Shown here piece by piece: positions 9,632 through 19,790 of a DNA stretch of 36,063 nt. The DNA is taken from assembly GCA_008933045.1 (NCBI GenBank), contig WBXJ01000003.1, positions 1 to 36,063 of the forward strand, in the 5' to 3' direction. Both the position numbers and the translations under genes were made by a program. Source of the stretch: Verrucomicrobiota bacterium. GTDB lineage: Bacteria > Verrucomicrobiota > Verrucomicrobiia > Limisphaerales > SXQI01. The notes beneath the pieces are model-generated. The model did no database searches. It had not been told where the DNA came from and saw nothing but the letters and a program-made list of their open reading frames with translations. Numbering within the stretch: the stretch's first letter is position 1; each line of letters opens with the position of its first letter.

Positions 9632-10545
9632 TGTATTTTTTAAAGCGACTCCTCGTATTGCCGCCATTGTTGATATTGATCAGCCTGATCGCATTTTTGC
9701 TAGTTCGGACAGCACCGGGCGGCCCGTTCGATAAGGAACGCAAACCAGCCTCGCCCGAGATCGAACGCCGTCTGTTAGAGCGTTACCATTTAGATCAACC
9801 GCTGTGGAAACAATATTTGCTTTACCTGAAGGGGTTGAGCCAAGGGGATTTTGGACCTTCCCTCAAACAGCGAAACCACACAGTAAACGATATCATCAGT
9901 CAGGCCTTGCCGGTCTCAGCCACGTTAGGCGCAGCCGCATTTTTATTCTCGTTAGGTGTTGGAATTCCGTTGGGTTTTTACACAGCGGCGCGGCGCGGCC
10001 ATGGATTTGAGCTAGCGGGGAGTTCGCTTGCGTTGCTTTTTGTTTGCGTGCCAGCGTTGGTGGTGGGTCCTGTTTTGGTGATCGTGTTCGCGGTTCATTG
10101 GTCAATATTTCCAGTCGCCTTGTGGGGAGGGGCATGGCACATGGTGTTACCCACGATAACCCTCGGACTTTATTTCAGCGGCAAAGTAGCCCGACTCATG
10201 CGAGAGGGGATGTTAACGACGATGCACGCTGATTATATTATCGCTGCCCGTGCGAAAGGACTGAGCGAATCCGCAGTCCTCTGGAGGCACGCGTTTCGGA
10301 TTGCTGTCCTCCCTGTGGTTTCCTATTCCGGCCCACTCTTAGCAGATTTGCTGACGGGTTCCTTTGTGGTGGAGAGCTTATTCCAAATCCCGGGGATGGG
10401 AGTCTTCGTCATTAACAGTGCTCTCAACCGTGACTATCCGATGATTGTCGGATTGGTCCTAGTTTATGCGGTGCTGCTTCTCGTGTTAAACCTGCTAGTG
10501 GATGCCGCCTATACCTGGCTCGATCCTCGCGTACGTTACGATTGA
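9631..10545 (+). CDS. oppB: Peptide ABC transporter permease
   Basis: Motifs APGGPF, GDFGPS, EAA loop ARAKGLSE, GSFVVESLFQIPGMG, NRDYP and LDPRVR. Confidence 0.88.
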   Translation: MYFLKRLLVLPPLLILISLIAFLLVRTAPGGPFDKERKPASPEIERRLLERYHLDQPLWKQYLLYLKGLSQGDFGPSLKQRNHTVNDIISQALPVSATLGAAAFLFSLGVGIPLGFYTAARRGHGFELAGSSLALLFVCVPALVVGPVLVIVFAVHWSIFPVALWGGAWHMVLPTITLGLYFSGKVARLMREGMLTTMHADYIIAARAKGLSESAVLWRHAFRIAVLPVVSYSGPLLADLLTGSFVVESLFQIPGMGVFVINSALNRDYPMIVGLVLVYAVLLLVLNLLVDAAYTWLDPRVRYD

Positions 10546-11462
10546 TGGACACTCGATCTCTCACTCCAAATCAACGTGCGTGGCGACGGTTTTGTAGAAA
10601 CCCATCGGCCTTCACGAGCGCTTGCCTTTTGGCGATGTTAACATTGGGATTGTTTTTGCACCCTTGGTTTTCCAACCAGTCACCCACGACACTCACGGAC
10701 GCATTGGCACATCCCCCTTCCACGCTCCACTGGTTTGGCACGGATTTGATGGGGCGTGATCTCCTGAGTCGATTGGTTTATGGAGCGCGCATTTCCATGA
10801 TGGTTGGCTTGGTGGGTGCGGGTGTTAGTCTTTTCATTGGAGTGCTTTGGGGCGCAGTGGCTGGGTATGTCGGGGGTTACTGCGATGGGATCATGATGCG
10901 TGCAGTCGATATCCTTTATTCGTTACCGTCCGTGATCTTCGTCATCGTGATGATCACCACGTTAGAAGGGTTATTTAAAAACTGGTTGCTACAAAACTTC
11001 TCTCCCGAAGCGGCTGGTGTCGCACGTCTGTTATTCTTGTTCGCGGGGCTGGGAGCTGTCTCGTGGCTGACCATGGCACGCATCGTGCGAGGTGAAGTGC
11101 TTTCGTTGCGGACGCGCAGTTTTGTCGATGCGAGCCGTGCGATGGGTGCTTCTCACACCCATATTTTATTGACGCACATCCTACCTAATGTCGCCGGCGT
11201 GGTAATTGTGTACCTGACCCTCACCATTCCATCGGTGATTCTCTACGAATCATTCCTCAGCTATCTCGGGTTGGGAATTCAGGCTCCACAAGCCAGCTTG
11301 GGATCGCTTCTGGCTGAAGGCTCGGCCCAGATCAATTCCCTCCGCCTCTATTGGTGGATGGTCGTCTTTCCTGGACTGTTGTTAGTTGTGATGTTGCTGA
11401 CTTTAAATTTTATCGGCGACGGACTCCGTGATGCATTTGATCCTCGCAGCGAGAAAATCTGA
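10545..11462 (+). CDS. oppC: Peptide ABC transporter permease
   Basis: Motifs HWFGTDLMGRD, GARIS, ARIVRGE, HILPN, ESFLSYLGLG and GDGLRDAFDP. TGATG coupling to oppB. Confidence 0.88.
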   Translation: MDTRSLTPNQRAWRRFCRNPSAFTSACLLAMLTLGLFLHPWFSNQSPTTLTDALAHPPSTLHWFGTDLMGRDLLSRLVYGARISMMVGLVGAGVSLFIGVLWGAVAGYVGGYCDGIMMRAVDILYSLPSVIFVIVMITTLEGLFKNWLLQNFSPEAAGVARLLFLFAGLGAVSWLTMARIVRGEVLSLRTRSFVDASRAMGASHTHILLTHILPNVAGVVIVYLTLTIPSVILYESFLSYLGLGIQAPQASLGSLLAEGSAQINSLRLYWWMVVFPGLLLVVMLLTLNFIGDGLRDAFDPRSEKI

Positions 11463-11478
11463 AGCAACATCCAGCCCG

Positions 11479-12492
11479 TTACTTCACAGGATACCCGTCC
11501 CAGAGCCAAGCCAGTGCGTCTGGCAGCGTTTGACGCGTCACACGTCCGTCGGTGTGACCCGCTCCCTCCGCGAACACATACCGGTAGGAGTAACCTTTCG
11601 CTTGAAGCACCGAAGCCATTCGTTGATTCGCCATCACCCAATTATGTAACGACGCCTCGTCGAGCTTCGAGCCGTTGTCGTTCTCGCTCACTTCCAACCA
11701 GACACGCAATGGTTTCCGTTCGCTCGCAGGAATGAAATAAGCGTGATAACCCCAAGCACCTTGCGGAGACACGGGGTTCACTGGCGACTGCTGATTCACA
11801 TACGTCCCAGAGTAAGTCAGGATGCGCCGGTAAAGATCTGGCCGAAACCATCCCATCGTAAATGCAGCCGCTCCACCTGAGCTTCCTCCCATCGTCGCCC
11901 GACCTTCGGGATCGGTAGTGAACGTCAGGTTATAAGATTTGGCGATGCGGGGCAGCACCTCGCTCTCGATGAAACCCGCATACTTTTCGGAAACAGTATC
12001 GTACTCTAGCCCTCGCTCACTGCCTTGCGCGTCGCCCCCGCCCGAATTAATAAAAATAGCGATCATGATGGGCAGGCGACCATCGTGAATCATGTTATCA
12101 AGAATCTTCGGCAGCACATTGGTATAAGAGAGTCCATCCTGAGCGATGATGAACGGTGCGGGCGTCCCTGCAACATATTGCTTCGGAACATAGACGCACA
12201 CTTTGCGTTGGTACGGAACAGGAGGCGGCAGCTTCTTGGCAATCCCCGGATAGAGCACGCTATCCTTTGAATCCATTATGAACTCGTGAATCCAGCCTCT
12301 GGGAACGCCATCACGCAGGGTAAGCTCCGGAGCGTCCCCGTAGCTTGGACCAATCCGAAACTCCACATTATCCTTCGTTCGAGTCGGTGATGGGACGTTG
12401 GTCCGAACCGTATCAACACCCCACGCAGATTCTGTAATGAGGTGAGAGATCACCAAGGCAGTGATCAAAGAGACTCGAATAATTATTTTCAT
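11479..12492 (-). CDS. Secreted alpha/beta-hydrolase esterase (enterochelin esterase/Fes-like family)
   Basis: Signal peptide; motifs VYVPKQY, IIAQDG, RGLEYD, nucleophile elbow GGSSGG, and a C-terminal His (GAGH). Confidence 0.85.
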   Translation of the reverse strand: MKIIIRVSLITALVISHLITESAWGVDTVRTNVPSPTRTKDNVEFRIGPSYGDAPELTLRDGVPRGWIHEFIMDSKDSVLYPGIAKKLPPPVPYQRKVCVYVPKQYVAGTPAPFIIAQDGLSYTNVLPKILDNMIHDGRLPIMIAIFINSGGGDAQGSERGLEYDTVSEKYAGFIESEVLPRIAKSYNLTFTTDPEGRATMGGSSGGAAAFTMGWFRPDLYRRILTYSGTYVNQQSPVNPVSPQGAWGYHAYFIPASERKPLRVWLEVSENDNGSKLDEASLHNWVMANQRMASVLQAKGYSYRYVFAEGAGHTDGRVTRQTLPDALAWLWDGYPVK

Positions 12493-12507
12493 GATTGATT
12501 GGGTCTG

Positions 12508-12536
12508 AACTTAGGTTTCAACACCGCGGTGGACAA
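12508..12536 (-). promoter_or_regulatory. Candidate sigma70-type promoter for the esterase
   Basis: Minus strand TTGTCC-17 nt-TAAGTT, ending 15 nt before the ATG at 12492. Confidence 0.4.
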
Positions 12537-12592
12537 CCAATTTTTTGACGAATTAACGGAAACGGAATCACAGACAAAAATAAACGAATCAG

Positions 12593-12621
12593 TTGCCCTT
12601 AAATGCGCGTCTCATTACCTT
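12593..12621 (+). promoter_or_regulatory. Candidate sigma70-type promoter for the cytochrome gene pair
   Basis: TTGCCC-17 nt-TACCTT, ending 13 nt before ATG 12635; divergent from the esterase promoter. Confidence 0.4.
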
Positions 12622-12634
12622 CTTGAAAATCACC

Positions 12635-15439
12635 ATGACTTATTTGCTTTCTAGGTTGGGAAAACGGATCGTTAGCTTGGCTGCAGTGCTGGGTCAAGTG
12701 CTGTCCATCTCGGCCGCGCTTCCGTCCCATCCAGTCATCGGCCCATCGATCACATCACCGTTCCCTATCGAGTCGGGGGAGCCCCTTCTCGCGGGGTTGC
12801 AGTGCACAGCCTGCCACCGTGCGGAGGCCCGTAGTTTCGGGGCGCAATCCGCCGTTGGTCCTCGGCTCGGTGCCGCAGGTCTCGCGCTCACTCCACAGTT
12901 TTTGCGTGCCTACCTGCTGAGCCCCCAAAGCGAAAAACCAGGCACCACAATGCCCGACAGTTTACACTCCCTGAAAGGGCCCGACAAAGCCGCCGTTGTC
13001 GATGATCTCGTACACTACCTCATTTCAACCCAACCCCGCGCTGCGGCGGGTGCAGCTGCGGAACCATTTTTGTTGCAGCAGGGAAGACAGTTATTTCATT
13101 CCGTGGGTTGCGTAGCGTGTCATGCACCACAGGAATCGCCCTCACAACTTCAACCCAAGAATTCGGATGCCGCAAAAACTATTCCTGATTCATTAGCAAC
13201 GACATCCGTTCCTTTGGGGCCATTGGCAAAAAAATACGAATTTGGCGAGTTGCAACGTTTTCTCGTGAACCCAGTTCACTTTCGTCCATCGGGGCGCATG
13301 CCTGCTTCGAATCTGAGCAACTCCGAGGGCGCAGCGTTGGCGATGTATCTATTACGCGAACAGGCCCTGTTGCTCACGGACCCCACCAAGGCTGATCGTG
13401 TGGGCGGTCTCAGCTACGCCTACTACGAAGGCGATTTCAACAGCTCGGCCGACTTTGATCGGCTACAACCCGTCGCTCGCGGTGTGGTCAACACAATTTC
13501 GGTATCAGCGCGAAAACGGGATCAGAACTTTGGTTTCCGATATTCCGGGAAACTCCACGCTCCTGCGGATGGGAAATACACCTTCAACCTAGCCTCGGAT
13601 GATGGCTCACAACTCTCTTTGGATGGAAAATTGGTGCTGGATAATGACGGTGTCCACCCACCTGAGAATAAAAAAGTGAGTCTCGAATTGAAGGCAGGAG
13701 ATCATGATTTCTTGCTCACATTTTTTAATTCGGGTGCGGGCCACGAACTCAAATTGGAATGGTCCGGGCCTAACTTCGACCGAAGCTCCATTTCCTCCGA
13801 TGTCTTCTCCCACCAAGGGGCGTCTTTGAAACCTTTGGCGCCGGAAGTTTTCAGTGTGGACCAGGCCAAGGTGGCACGAGGTCAGTCGGCATTTTCTAAC
13901 TACGGATGCGCCGCCTGCCATCAATCTTCCGGCGTCGCTTTGACCCGAGTATCCAAAGCGTTGGTCGATGTGGATTCCACTCGGGGTTGCCTCGCAGATA
14001 AACTGGATCCGCTTGCCCCTGACTTTTCCCTCAGCGACATTCAACGCGCGGACTTGCGGCTCACGCTAAAAAACAAGGTGCTGTTAAAGTCGGCCCGATC
14101 GGCTGCCGAAGAAATCAACTTCACGCTTTCCTCCCTCAGTTGCACCGCTTGTCATAGTCGAGATGGTAAGGGTGGGCCCGTCGCCGATCGCTTGGCGTAT
14201 TTTATGACTGCGGGCGAAATTGATTTGGGAGATGAGGGTCGAATTCCTCCGCACTTAACTCGAGTGGGCGGAAAACTCAGAACCGATTGGATGCGCGAGG
14301 TGCTGATCAATCACGGCGCAGATCGCCCCTACATGGCCACGAGAATGCCCCAATTTGGCGAATCCAATGTTGGTAAACTTCCCGTTCAACTCAGCGAGGT
14401 CGATGGTTCATTCGGCACTGTCCGTCAGATTGCCTCCGACGTTCATTCTATCAAGTCAGGTCGAAAACTCGTGGGGAGCGGCGGGCTTACCTGTATTTCC
14501 TGCCATAATTTTGCCGATCATAAATCACTTGGCGTTCCTGCCATCGATCTCACAACCATGACCAAGCGATTGCGAAAAGAGTGGTTCCAAGTCTACATGT
14601 TGAACCCAGCCGCTTTACGTCCGGGCACGCGCATGCCTAGTTTCTGGCCCGAAGGCAAAGCGGCTAACTCCGAAATTCTAGATGGCAACACCGAGCAACA
14701 AATTGATGCTATCTGGGCGTATCTTTCCAAAGGGCGCGAAGCAGAAATTCCGTCCGGATTTGTTGTCGGTAAAATGGAGATCATCGCCGAAAAAGAACCC
14801 GTCATCTATCGCAACTTTATTAAGGATGCCGGATCGCGTGCCATTGGTGTGGGCTATCCAGAAAAAGCCAACCTCGCCTTTGATGCCAACGAGATTCGCT
14901 TAGCGTTGATTTGGCAGGGATCCTTCATCGATGCCTCTCGACATAGCAACGGTCGAGGTGAGGGCTACGAGCCTCCCTTAGGCGATCAAGTCATCAAGTT
15001 GCCTCAGGGTCCCACCTTCGCTGTCCTCGACAATCCATCCGCTCCTTGGCCCAGCGCCAGCGGGAAGTCTGGCGGATTCAAAATGGGAGGTTACCGTTTG
15101 GATCAGGCTCGCCGTCCCATCTTCCTTTATTCCTTCAAGGGTCTCCAAATTGAGGATCACCCCGTCGCACACACCAAAGGTTTAGATTCAGTTTTCCTTC
15201 GCACATTCAGTCTTCGCGCCGATCAACCCTTGGCTAACCTCTGGTTTCGAGCTGCGGTAGGTCAAAAAATTGAGCCTCGTGGCGACCTCTGGAGCGTTGA
15301 TGATAAAATCACATTACGTTTTTCAAGCACCAGCGGCGGCAAGCCCGTCGTGCGCAACTCAGGCAATCAGCAAGAGTTGTTGGTCCCAGTCCACTTCGAG
15401 GGTGTCCAAGCCAAGTTCGTCGAGGAGATTGTCTGGTGA
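12635..15439 (+). CDS. Exported multiheme c-type cytochrome (5 CXXCH) with a central PA14 domain
   Basis: Signal peptide; heme motifs CTACH, CVACH, CAACH, CTACH and CISCH, four of them followed by likely distal-Met motifs (PGTTMP, PSGRMP, ATRMP, PGTRMP). PA14 segment [39 protein letters not shown]-terminal domain [18 protein letters not shown]. Confidence 0.85.
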   Translation: MTYLLSRLGKRIVSLAAVLGQVLSISAALPSHPVIGPSITSPFPIESGEPLLAGLQCTACHRAEARSFGAQSAVGPRLGAAGLALTPQFLRAYLLSPQSEKPGTTMPDSLHSLKGPDKAAVVDDLVHYLISTQPRAAAGAAAEPFLLQQGRQLFHSVGCVACHAPQESPSQLQPKNSDAAKTIPDSLATTSVPLGPLAKKYEFGELQRFLVNPVHFRPSGRMPASNLSNSEGAALAMYLLREQALLLTDPTKADRVGGLSYAYYEGDFNSSADFDRLQPVARGVVNTISVSARKRDQNFGFRYSGKLHAPADGKYTFNLASDDGSQLSLDGKLVLDNDGVHPPENKKVSLELKAGDHDFLLTFFNSGAGHELKLEWSGPNFDRSSISSDVFSHQGASLKPLAPEVFSVDQAKVARGQSAFSNYGCAACHQSSGVALTRVSKALVDVDSTRGCLADKLDPLAPDFSLSDIQRADLRLTLKNKVLLKSARSAAEEINFTLSSLSCTACHSRDGKGGPVADRLAYFMTAGEIDLGDEGRIPPHLTRVGGKLRTDWMREVLINHGADRPYMATRMPQFGESNVGKLPVQLSEVDGSFGTVRQIASDVHSIKSGRKLVGSGGLTCISCHNFADHKSLGVPAIDLTTMTKRLRKEWFQVYMLNPAALRPGTRMPSFWPEGKAANSEILDGNTEQQIDAIWAYLSKGREAEIPSGFVVGKMEIIAEKEPVIYRNFIKDAGSRAIGVGYPEKANLAFDANEIRLALIWQGSFIDASRHSNGRGEGYEPPLGDQVIKLPQGPTFAVLDNPSAPWPSASGKSGGFKMGGYRLDQARRPIFLYSFKGLQIEDHPVAHTKGLDSVFLRTFSLRADQPLANLWFRAAVGQKIEPRGDLWSVDDKITLRFSSTSGGKPVVRNSGNQQELLVPVHFEGVQAKFVEEIVW

Positions 15440-16974
15440 TCCGATCCATTAACTCTATTTTCAATTCGTTTATGATGCCCCAATACTTAAAGGTCGCGAG
15501 CCTCGCGATTGCCCTCGGTCTCTCCGCCCTCTGGGTCCGCGCCGACCTGACAACCGACGAGGCCAAGTATTATGAGATCGTCACGATTCCGATACCCAAA
15601 GAGATCACTCTGGAAGCAGGTGCCTTGCAGGTCATGCCCGACAACAAACTCGCCGTCTCAACGCGGTTGGGGAAAATCTACATGGTCGACGGCGCATTCG
15701 AGCGACCACCTACTCAGGCAAAATTTACAGAGTTCGCCCACGGCTTGCACGAGGTCCTCGGCCTAACGGTGCGCGATGGTTGGGTCTATTGCACTCAACG
15801 TGGAGAGGTAACGCGCATGAAAGATTTGAACGCCGATGGTCGCGCCGATCTTTTTGAAACAGTAGCCGACGCCTGGGGAGTCAACGGTGATTATCACGAA
15901 TATGCCTTTGGTTCCAAATTCGATAAGGACGGAAACATCTGGGTTGTCCTATGTTTGACAGGTTCATTCACCAGCGAGGATCCCTTCCGTGGTTGGTGTT
16001 TTCGAGTTGGTGCAGATGGTAAAGCCGTCCCTACTTGCAGCGGCATACGTTCCCCGGGTGGCATCGGTACCAATGCGTTGGGCGACATGTTTTATACCGA
16101 TAACCAAGGACCCTGGAATGGGGCGTGCGCCCTCAAACATCTGAAGCCCGGCCATTTCATGGGCAACCCTTCAGGTAACAAATGGTATGATTCCACCGAC
16201 GTCCTGGGAGCCCGTCCGCTGGAACCCAAAAGCGGCAGCCGGATGCACCTCGAGGCAGTAAAAATTCCTCAACTCATCCCGCCCGCCATTATTTTTCCCT
16301 ATAACAAAATGGGCCAGAGCGCCAGCGGCATCGCCTGTGATGTCTCGAAGGGGAAATTTGGCCCATTCAAGGACCAATTGTTCGTTGGAGATCAAACCCA
16401 CAGCACTGTCATGCGCGTCTCCTTGGAAAAAGTGAATGATCGTTATCAGGGTGTCGTTTTCCCCTTTCGTCAAGGGTTCGCTTCCGGCAACCTGAGTCTA
16501 GAATTTGCGCCCGATGGTTCACTGTTCGTCGGTGGAACTGATCGCGGTTGGGGTGCACGTGGGGGTAAACCTTTCGCGCTGCAACGATTGATTTGGACCG
16601 GATCAATTCCTTTCGAAATTCTTGATATGAAAGCCAAGCGGGATGGCTTTGAGCTCAGCTTTACCGAACCCGTGGATCGTGCGACAGTCGAAGCAACTGC
16701 CTCCTACACCATTCAGGCCTACACCCATATTTATCAGTCCAGCTACGGCAGCCCAGAGGTAGACGTCACCAAGCCCACGATCAAAAAAATCACCGTTTCC
16801 TCCGATGGTTTGACAGCTCGACTCTCCATCGACGGGTTAGTCGAGGGTCACGTGCACGAACTGCATTTCCCCGGCATCAAGTCTGCCAAGGGTCAGCCAT
16901 TACTCCACAACTCCGCCTACTACACCTTAAACTACATCCCCCCCAACGTGCAGGCCAGCGTCACACCACGGTGA
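15436..16974 (+). CDS. Exported beta-propeller protein of the glucose/sorbosone-dehydrogenase-like (DUF7133-type) family
   Basis: Signal peptide; motifs [33 protein letters not shown] and [17 protein letters not shown] overlap with the cytochrome stop and GAGGAG upstream; ATG 15472 or 15475 are alternative starts. Confidence 0.7.
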   Translation: MIRSINSIFNSFMMPQYLKVASLAIALGLSALWVRADLTTDEAKYYEIVTIPIPKEITLEAGALQVMPDNKLAVSTRLGKIYMVDGAFERPPTQAKFTEFAHGLHEVLGLTVRDGWVYCTQRGEVTRMKDLNADGRADLFETVADAWGVNGDYHEYAFGSKFDKDGNIWVVLCLTGSFTSEDPFRGWCFRVGADGKAVPTCSGIRSPGGIGTNALGDMFYTDNQGPWNGACALKHLKPGHFMGNPSGNKWYDSTDVLGARPLEPKSGSRMHLEAVKIPQLIPPAIIFPYNKMGQSASGIACDVSKGKFGPFKDQLFVGDQTHSTVMRVSLEKVNDRYQGVVFPFRQGFASGNLSLEFAPDGSLFVGGTDRGWGARGGKPFALQRLIWTGSIPFEILDMKAKRDGFELSFTEPVDRATVEATASYTIQAYTHIYQSSYGSPEVDVTKPTIKKITVSSDGLTARLSIDGLVEGHVHELHFPGIKSAKGQPLLHNSAYYTLNYIPPNVQASVTPR

Positions 16975-17830
16975 CCTGATTCTCCAACACGCCGATGCCC
17001 GATATTTTCATCCGCACGATATCGTGCTGCTGCAACGTGAAGGAATCCTCTGGCACCACTCCAGTGCCGGTGAACAGGATCACTCCGTGCGGAAAAGTTT
17101 GGCTCCGCAATAAGTAGCCCATCAATTCATCGAACGTCCGCTTGATCTGTCCGACCTTTGTCGAACCGCAGAATACCTCCTCGCCCCCGCGTTCGATGCT
17201 AACGCCAATCTCCCACTCGCGTGCCTCCTCCTCCGTCGCGCCTACAACCATCCATGGCCCCAACGCGCAGGAACGATCATAAATTTTTGCTTGCGGCAAA
17301 TAGAGCGTATTTTCTCCCTCAATATCCCGTGAGCTCATGTCATTACCAATCGTGTAGCCCCTCAATTGCCCCTGTGAATTGATAATCAACGCCAACTCCG
17401 GCTCGGGCACATTCCAACCCGCATCACGACGAATCCCCACAAAGTCATTCGGGCCGACGACCTTCTCCGGCATTGACTTAAAAAATAGCTCGGGTCTCGG
17501 TGCGTCGTAAACTCGATCATACGCGCTCGCGTTGTGATCCGATTCCTCCATCCGCGCTTTCTTACTTCGCAGGTAAGTTACTCCCGCCGCCCACACCTCC
17601 TGCCGCTCCACGGGGGGGAGCAGTGTCACATCTGCGAGGGTCAACTCAGGGTGAGACCCCTGCTGTGCCCACTCAGTGACCCTGACCAGTTCCATCTCGT
17701 CCTCCAATAATTCGGTCAACGTCCGCACACCAGCTTCCCTCAAGTCGATGACGCTCCGACCCTCCGTGACCAACCCGACACGGGATTCGGACTCTCCCGC
17801 AACTCGATAGCGGCAAAAAATAGTGCTCAT
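16961..17830 (-). CDS. Fumarylacetoacetate hydrolase family protein, 2-keto-3-deoxy-pentonate dehydratase (KdaD/XylX)-like
   Basis: Motifs [57 protein letters not shown] and TGTG. Confidence 0.8.
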   Translation of the reverse strand: MSTIFCRYRVAGESESRVGLVTEGRSVIDLREAGVRTLTELLEDEMELVRVTEWAQQGSHPELTLADVTLLPPVERQEVWAAGVTYLRSKKARMEESDHNASAYDRVYDAPRPELFFKSMPEKVVGPNDFVGIRRDAGWNVPEPELALIINSQGQLRGYTIGNDMSSRDIEGENTLYLPQAKIYDRSCALGPWMVVGATEEEAREWEIGVSIERGGEEVFCGSTKVGQIKRTFDELMGYLLRSQTFPHGVILFTGTGVVPEDSFTLQQHDIVRMKISGIGVLENQVTVV

Positions 17831-17908
17831 TGAATGTTTGATTTTGTAGAGCTGGTGTATGCACCTTTCTCTCGTTTCACCAGTAAAAACTCCTCCTAAA
17901 TTTCTGCT

Positions 17909-17937
17909 TTGATTCCCTCGCCCCCTTCACGCATGGT
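17909..17937 (+). promoter_or_regulatory. Candidate promoter for rmuC, possibly giving a leaderless mRNA
   Basis: TTGATT-17 nt-CATGGT, then 7 nt to ATG 17945. Confidence 0.35.
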
Positions 17938-17944
17938 TCTCTCC

Positions 17945-19180
17945 ATGTTCTACTTTCATGATTTCTTGGTTTTTCTCACCGGTGCTGTGTTGGCTTGGGT
18001 TCTCTGCCGGTTTCGCAACCAGACGCGCCTGACTGAGTTGAGCACCATTCTTGATCACGAACGCCGTGCCCATGCCGAGAAACTCGCCACGGTCGAGGAT
18101 GCTCAGCGACGACTTTCCGACACCTTTCAAGCACTTGCCGCCCAATCACTCCGCGCAAACAACGATTCCTTTCTCCTACTAGCTCGGCAGGAGTTTGCTC
18201 AACTTCAACAATCCTCCACCTCAGAATTGAATCAACGCTCCGAAGCCATCGCTGGCCTTCTACGTCCCATGCGCGAATCCATTGATAAGGTCGATGCCAA
18301 AATTGTGGACCTCGAAAAATCACGCACCGCCGCCTTCGCCACCCTTGATACTCAACTCAAATCTCTCGTGGATGCACAAAACACCCTCCGCACCGAGACC
18401 ACCACGCTTTCCAGAGCCCTTCGCAACCCCAACACCCGTGGTCGCTGGGGTGAACTCCAGTTGCGCCGAGTGGTCGAACTGGCTGGCATGCTCAACTACT
18501 GCGATTTCTATGAGCAACGCACCGTCGCCTCAACCTTCGTCCCCGATACAAAATTGCGTCCAGACCTGACCGTCAAACTCCCGGGCGGTAAATGTATCGT
18601 GATTGATGCCAAGGCTCCGCTCGAATCTTACATCCTCGCACTCGAGGCTTCCGACGAAACCGTGCGCATCGCCCGCCTTCAGGAACACGCTGCCACCGTG
18701 CGCAGGCATCTCCTTGCGTTGGGTCGTAAATCCTATTGGGAACAGTTTGAAAACTCTCCCGAGTTCGTGGTGCTTTTTCTCCCCGGCGAAAACTTCTTCG
18801 CGGCTGCTTTGGAGTGCGACCCCTTGTTATTGGAAACAGGGATCACCGAAAAAGTGATCCTCGCAACCCCCACGACCCTCATTGCTCTACTCAAAGCCGC
18901 TGCCGCCGGTTGGCGAGTAGAGGCACTCGCCGAAAACGCCCGCGAAATCGCAAAATTAGGTCAAGACCTCGCCAAACGGATGGACGATATGAACACCCAT
19001 TGGGTCAAACTAGGCCGATCTCTTGGTGGTGCTGTGAACTCCTTCAACGATGCCCTTGGCTCCTACGATCACCGCGTTGCCCCCGCTGCCAAGCGTTTTC
19101 TCGAAATTCAACAACTTCCCGCACCCACCGAGGCAGCGACCCCCCAAGCCATCGCCATGCTCCCGAAACCAAGGGAGTAG
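17945..19180 (+). CDS. rmuC: DNA recombination protein RmuC
   Basis: N-terminal TM helix and coiled coil; motifs RGRWGELQL, LRPD, IDAKAP, K.YW, PEFVVLFLPGE and ATPTTLIALL. Confidence 0.93.
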   Translation: MFYFHDFLVFLTGAVLAWVLCRFRNQTRLTELSTILDHERRAHAEKLATVEDAQRRLSDTFQALAAQSLRANNDSFLLLARQEFAQLQQSSTSELNQRSEAIAGLLRPMRESIDKVDAKIVDLEKSRTAAFATLDTQLKSLVDAQNTLRTETTTLSRALRNPNTRGRWGELQLRRVVELAGMLNYCDFYEQRTVASTFVPDTKLRPDLTVKLPGGKCIVIDAKAPLESYILALEASDETVRIARLQEHAATVRRHLLALGRKSYWEQFENSPEFVVLFLPGENFFAAALECDPLLLETGITEKVILATPTTLIALLKAAAAGWRVEALAENAREIAKLGQDLAKRMDDMNTHWVKLGRSLGGAVNSFNDALGSYDHRVAPAAKRFLEIQQLPAPTEAATPQAIAMLPKPRE

Positions 19181-19201
19181 CCTTACGAAATCAATTCACA
19201 A

Positions 19202-19230
19202 TTGCGCCACCGGTAAGGCCGGTTTACGGT
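19202..19230 (+). promoter_or_regulatory. Candidate promoter of the FKBP gene, leaderless geometry
   Basis: TTGCGC-17 nt-TACGGT, then 6 nt to ATG 19237. Confidence 0.35.
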
Positions 19231-19236
19231 TTCTCT

Positions 19237-19305
19237 ATGTCGATGACCGATTTACAAATTGAAGTGCTTGCCAAAGGACAAGGTCCGCTCGCCGCTGCGG
19301 GCCAA
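19237..19305 (+). pseudogene. 5' fragment of an interrupted FKBP-type peptidyl-prolyl isomerase gene
   Basis: Reads MSMTDLQIEVLAKGQGPLAAAGQ, the typical FKBP first strand (L.IE.L..G.G..A..GQ). It joins in frame to 26733..26996. Confidence 0.85.
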
Positions 19306-19311
19306 TCCGTC
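19298..19311 (+). repeat. Left junction direct repeat CGGGCCAAtCCGTC
   Basis: Matches 26725..26738 (CGGGCCAAaCCGTC) at 13/14 positions; the first 8 bp are identical. Confidence 0.85.
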
Positions 19312-19717
19312 CACGAAGTTCATTCTGTTTCATCGCGGTTACCTCTGGATTGGGGAAACCGCCCCGATCATGCAGCGCGAGGGCAAGCACGTCTGGATCG
19401 ATTCGGTCTGGTTGCCAACCATCAGCTACACGATGGGCAAGCGCGCCTATGAAGAGTGGCTCGAGGTTATGCCAAGCAACCACCTGATGTGGGGCCCTGA
19501 CGCCCACCACGTCGAAGGCATCTACGGCGCGACCGAGTTCACGCGCCGTTGTCTGGCGGAGGCGCTCGCCGAGAAAGTCGAGCGGGGTGAACTCCGCGAA
19601 GTTGACGCACTCCCCATCGGCCAACAGGTGATGCGCGACAACGCGCTCGAATTATTTCCGCAGTTGAAGGATCGGCTGTGGAAACACAAAGGCAAATTGC
19701 CGCCGCCATCGAAGTGA
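19301..19717 (+). pseudogene. C-terminal fragment of an amidohydrolase_2-family (TIM-barrel) protein
   Basis: Reads ANPSTKFILFHRGYLW..HVWIDSVWLP..LMWGPD..EG..G..MRDNALELF. The N-terminal part of the barrel is missing and the fragment starts at the insertion junction. Confidence 0.75.
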
Positions 19718-19790
19718 TGTTCACACCCTTCAGGCTGGCTCAGAGTGGACGCCTGGTGGCTCATTGGCTCATCTGGGTAGAATTGAAGTT

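Noticed and set aside
11625-11652. dif-like TTATGTAAC near the skew change
   Set aside because: It encodes the esterase segment HNWVMANQ, and the XerC arm lacks the inner ATAA.
12472-12499. GACTCGAATAA-TTATTT-TCATGATTGAT, a loose resemblance to dif
   Set aside because: Only 7/11 matches per arm to E. coli dif, the conserved TTAT is broken, it overlaps a start codon, and the skew reverses again later in the window.
17945-19180. RmuC as the mobilising enzyme of the adjacent islet
   Set aside because: It lies outside the direct repeats, has host-like composition and is not a known integrase; the adjacency is probably coincidental.
19209-19225. ACCGG..CCGGT hairpin as an rmuC terminator
   Set aside because: The stem is only 5-6 bp with a short T run, and it lies in the spacer of the candidate FKBP promoter.
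18814-19717. ORFs 18814..19452 and 19259..19717 as intact genes
   Set aside because: Both cross the insertion junction. One contains the FKBP 5' fragment; the other gives the amidohydrolase fragment a chance TTG start.
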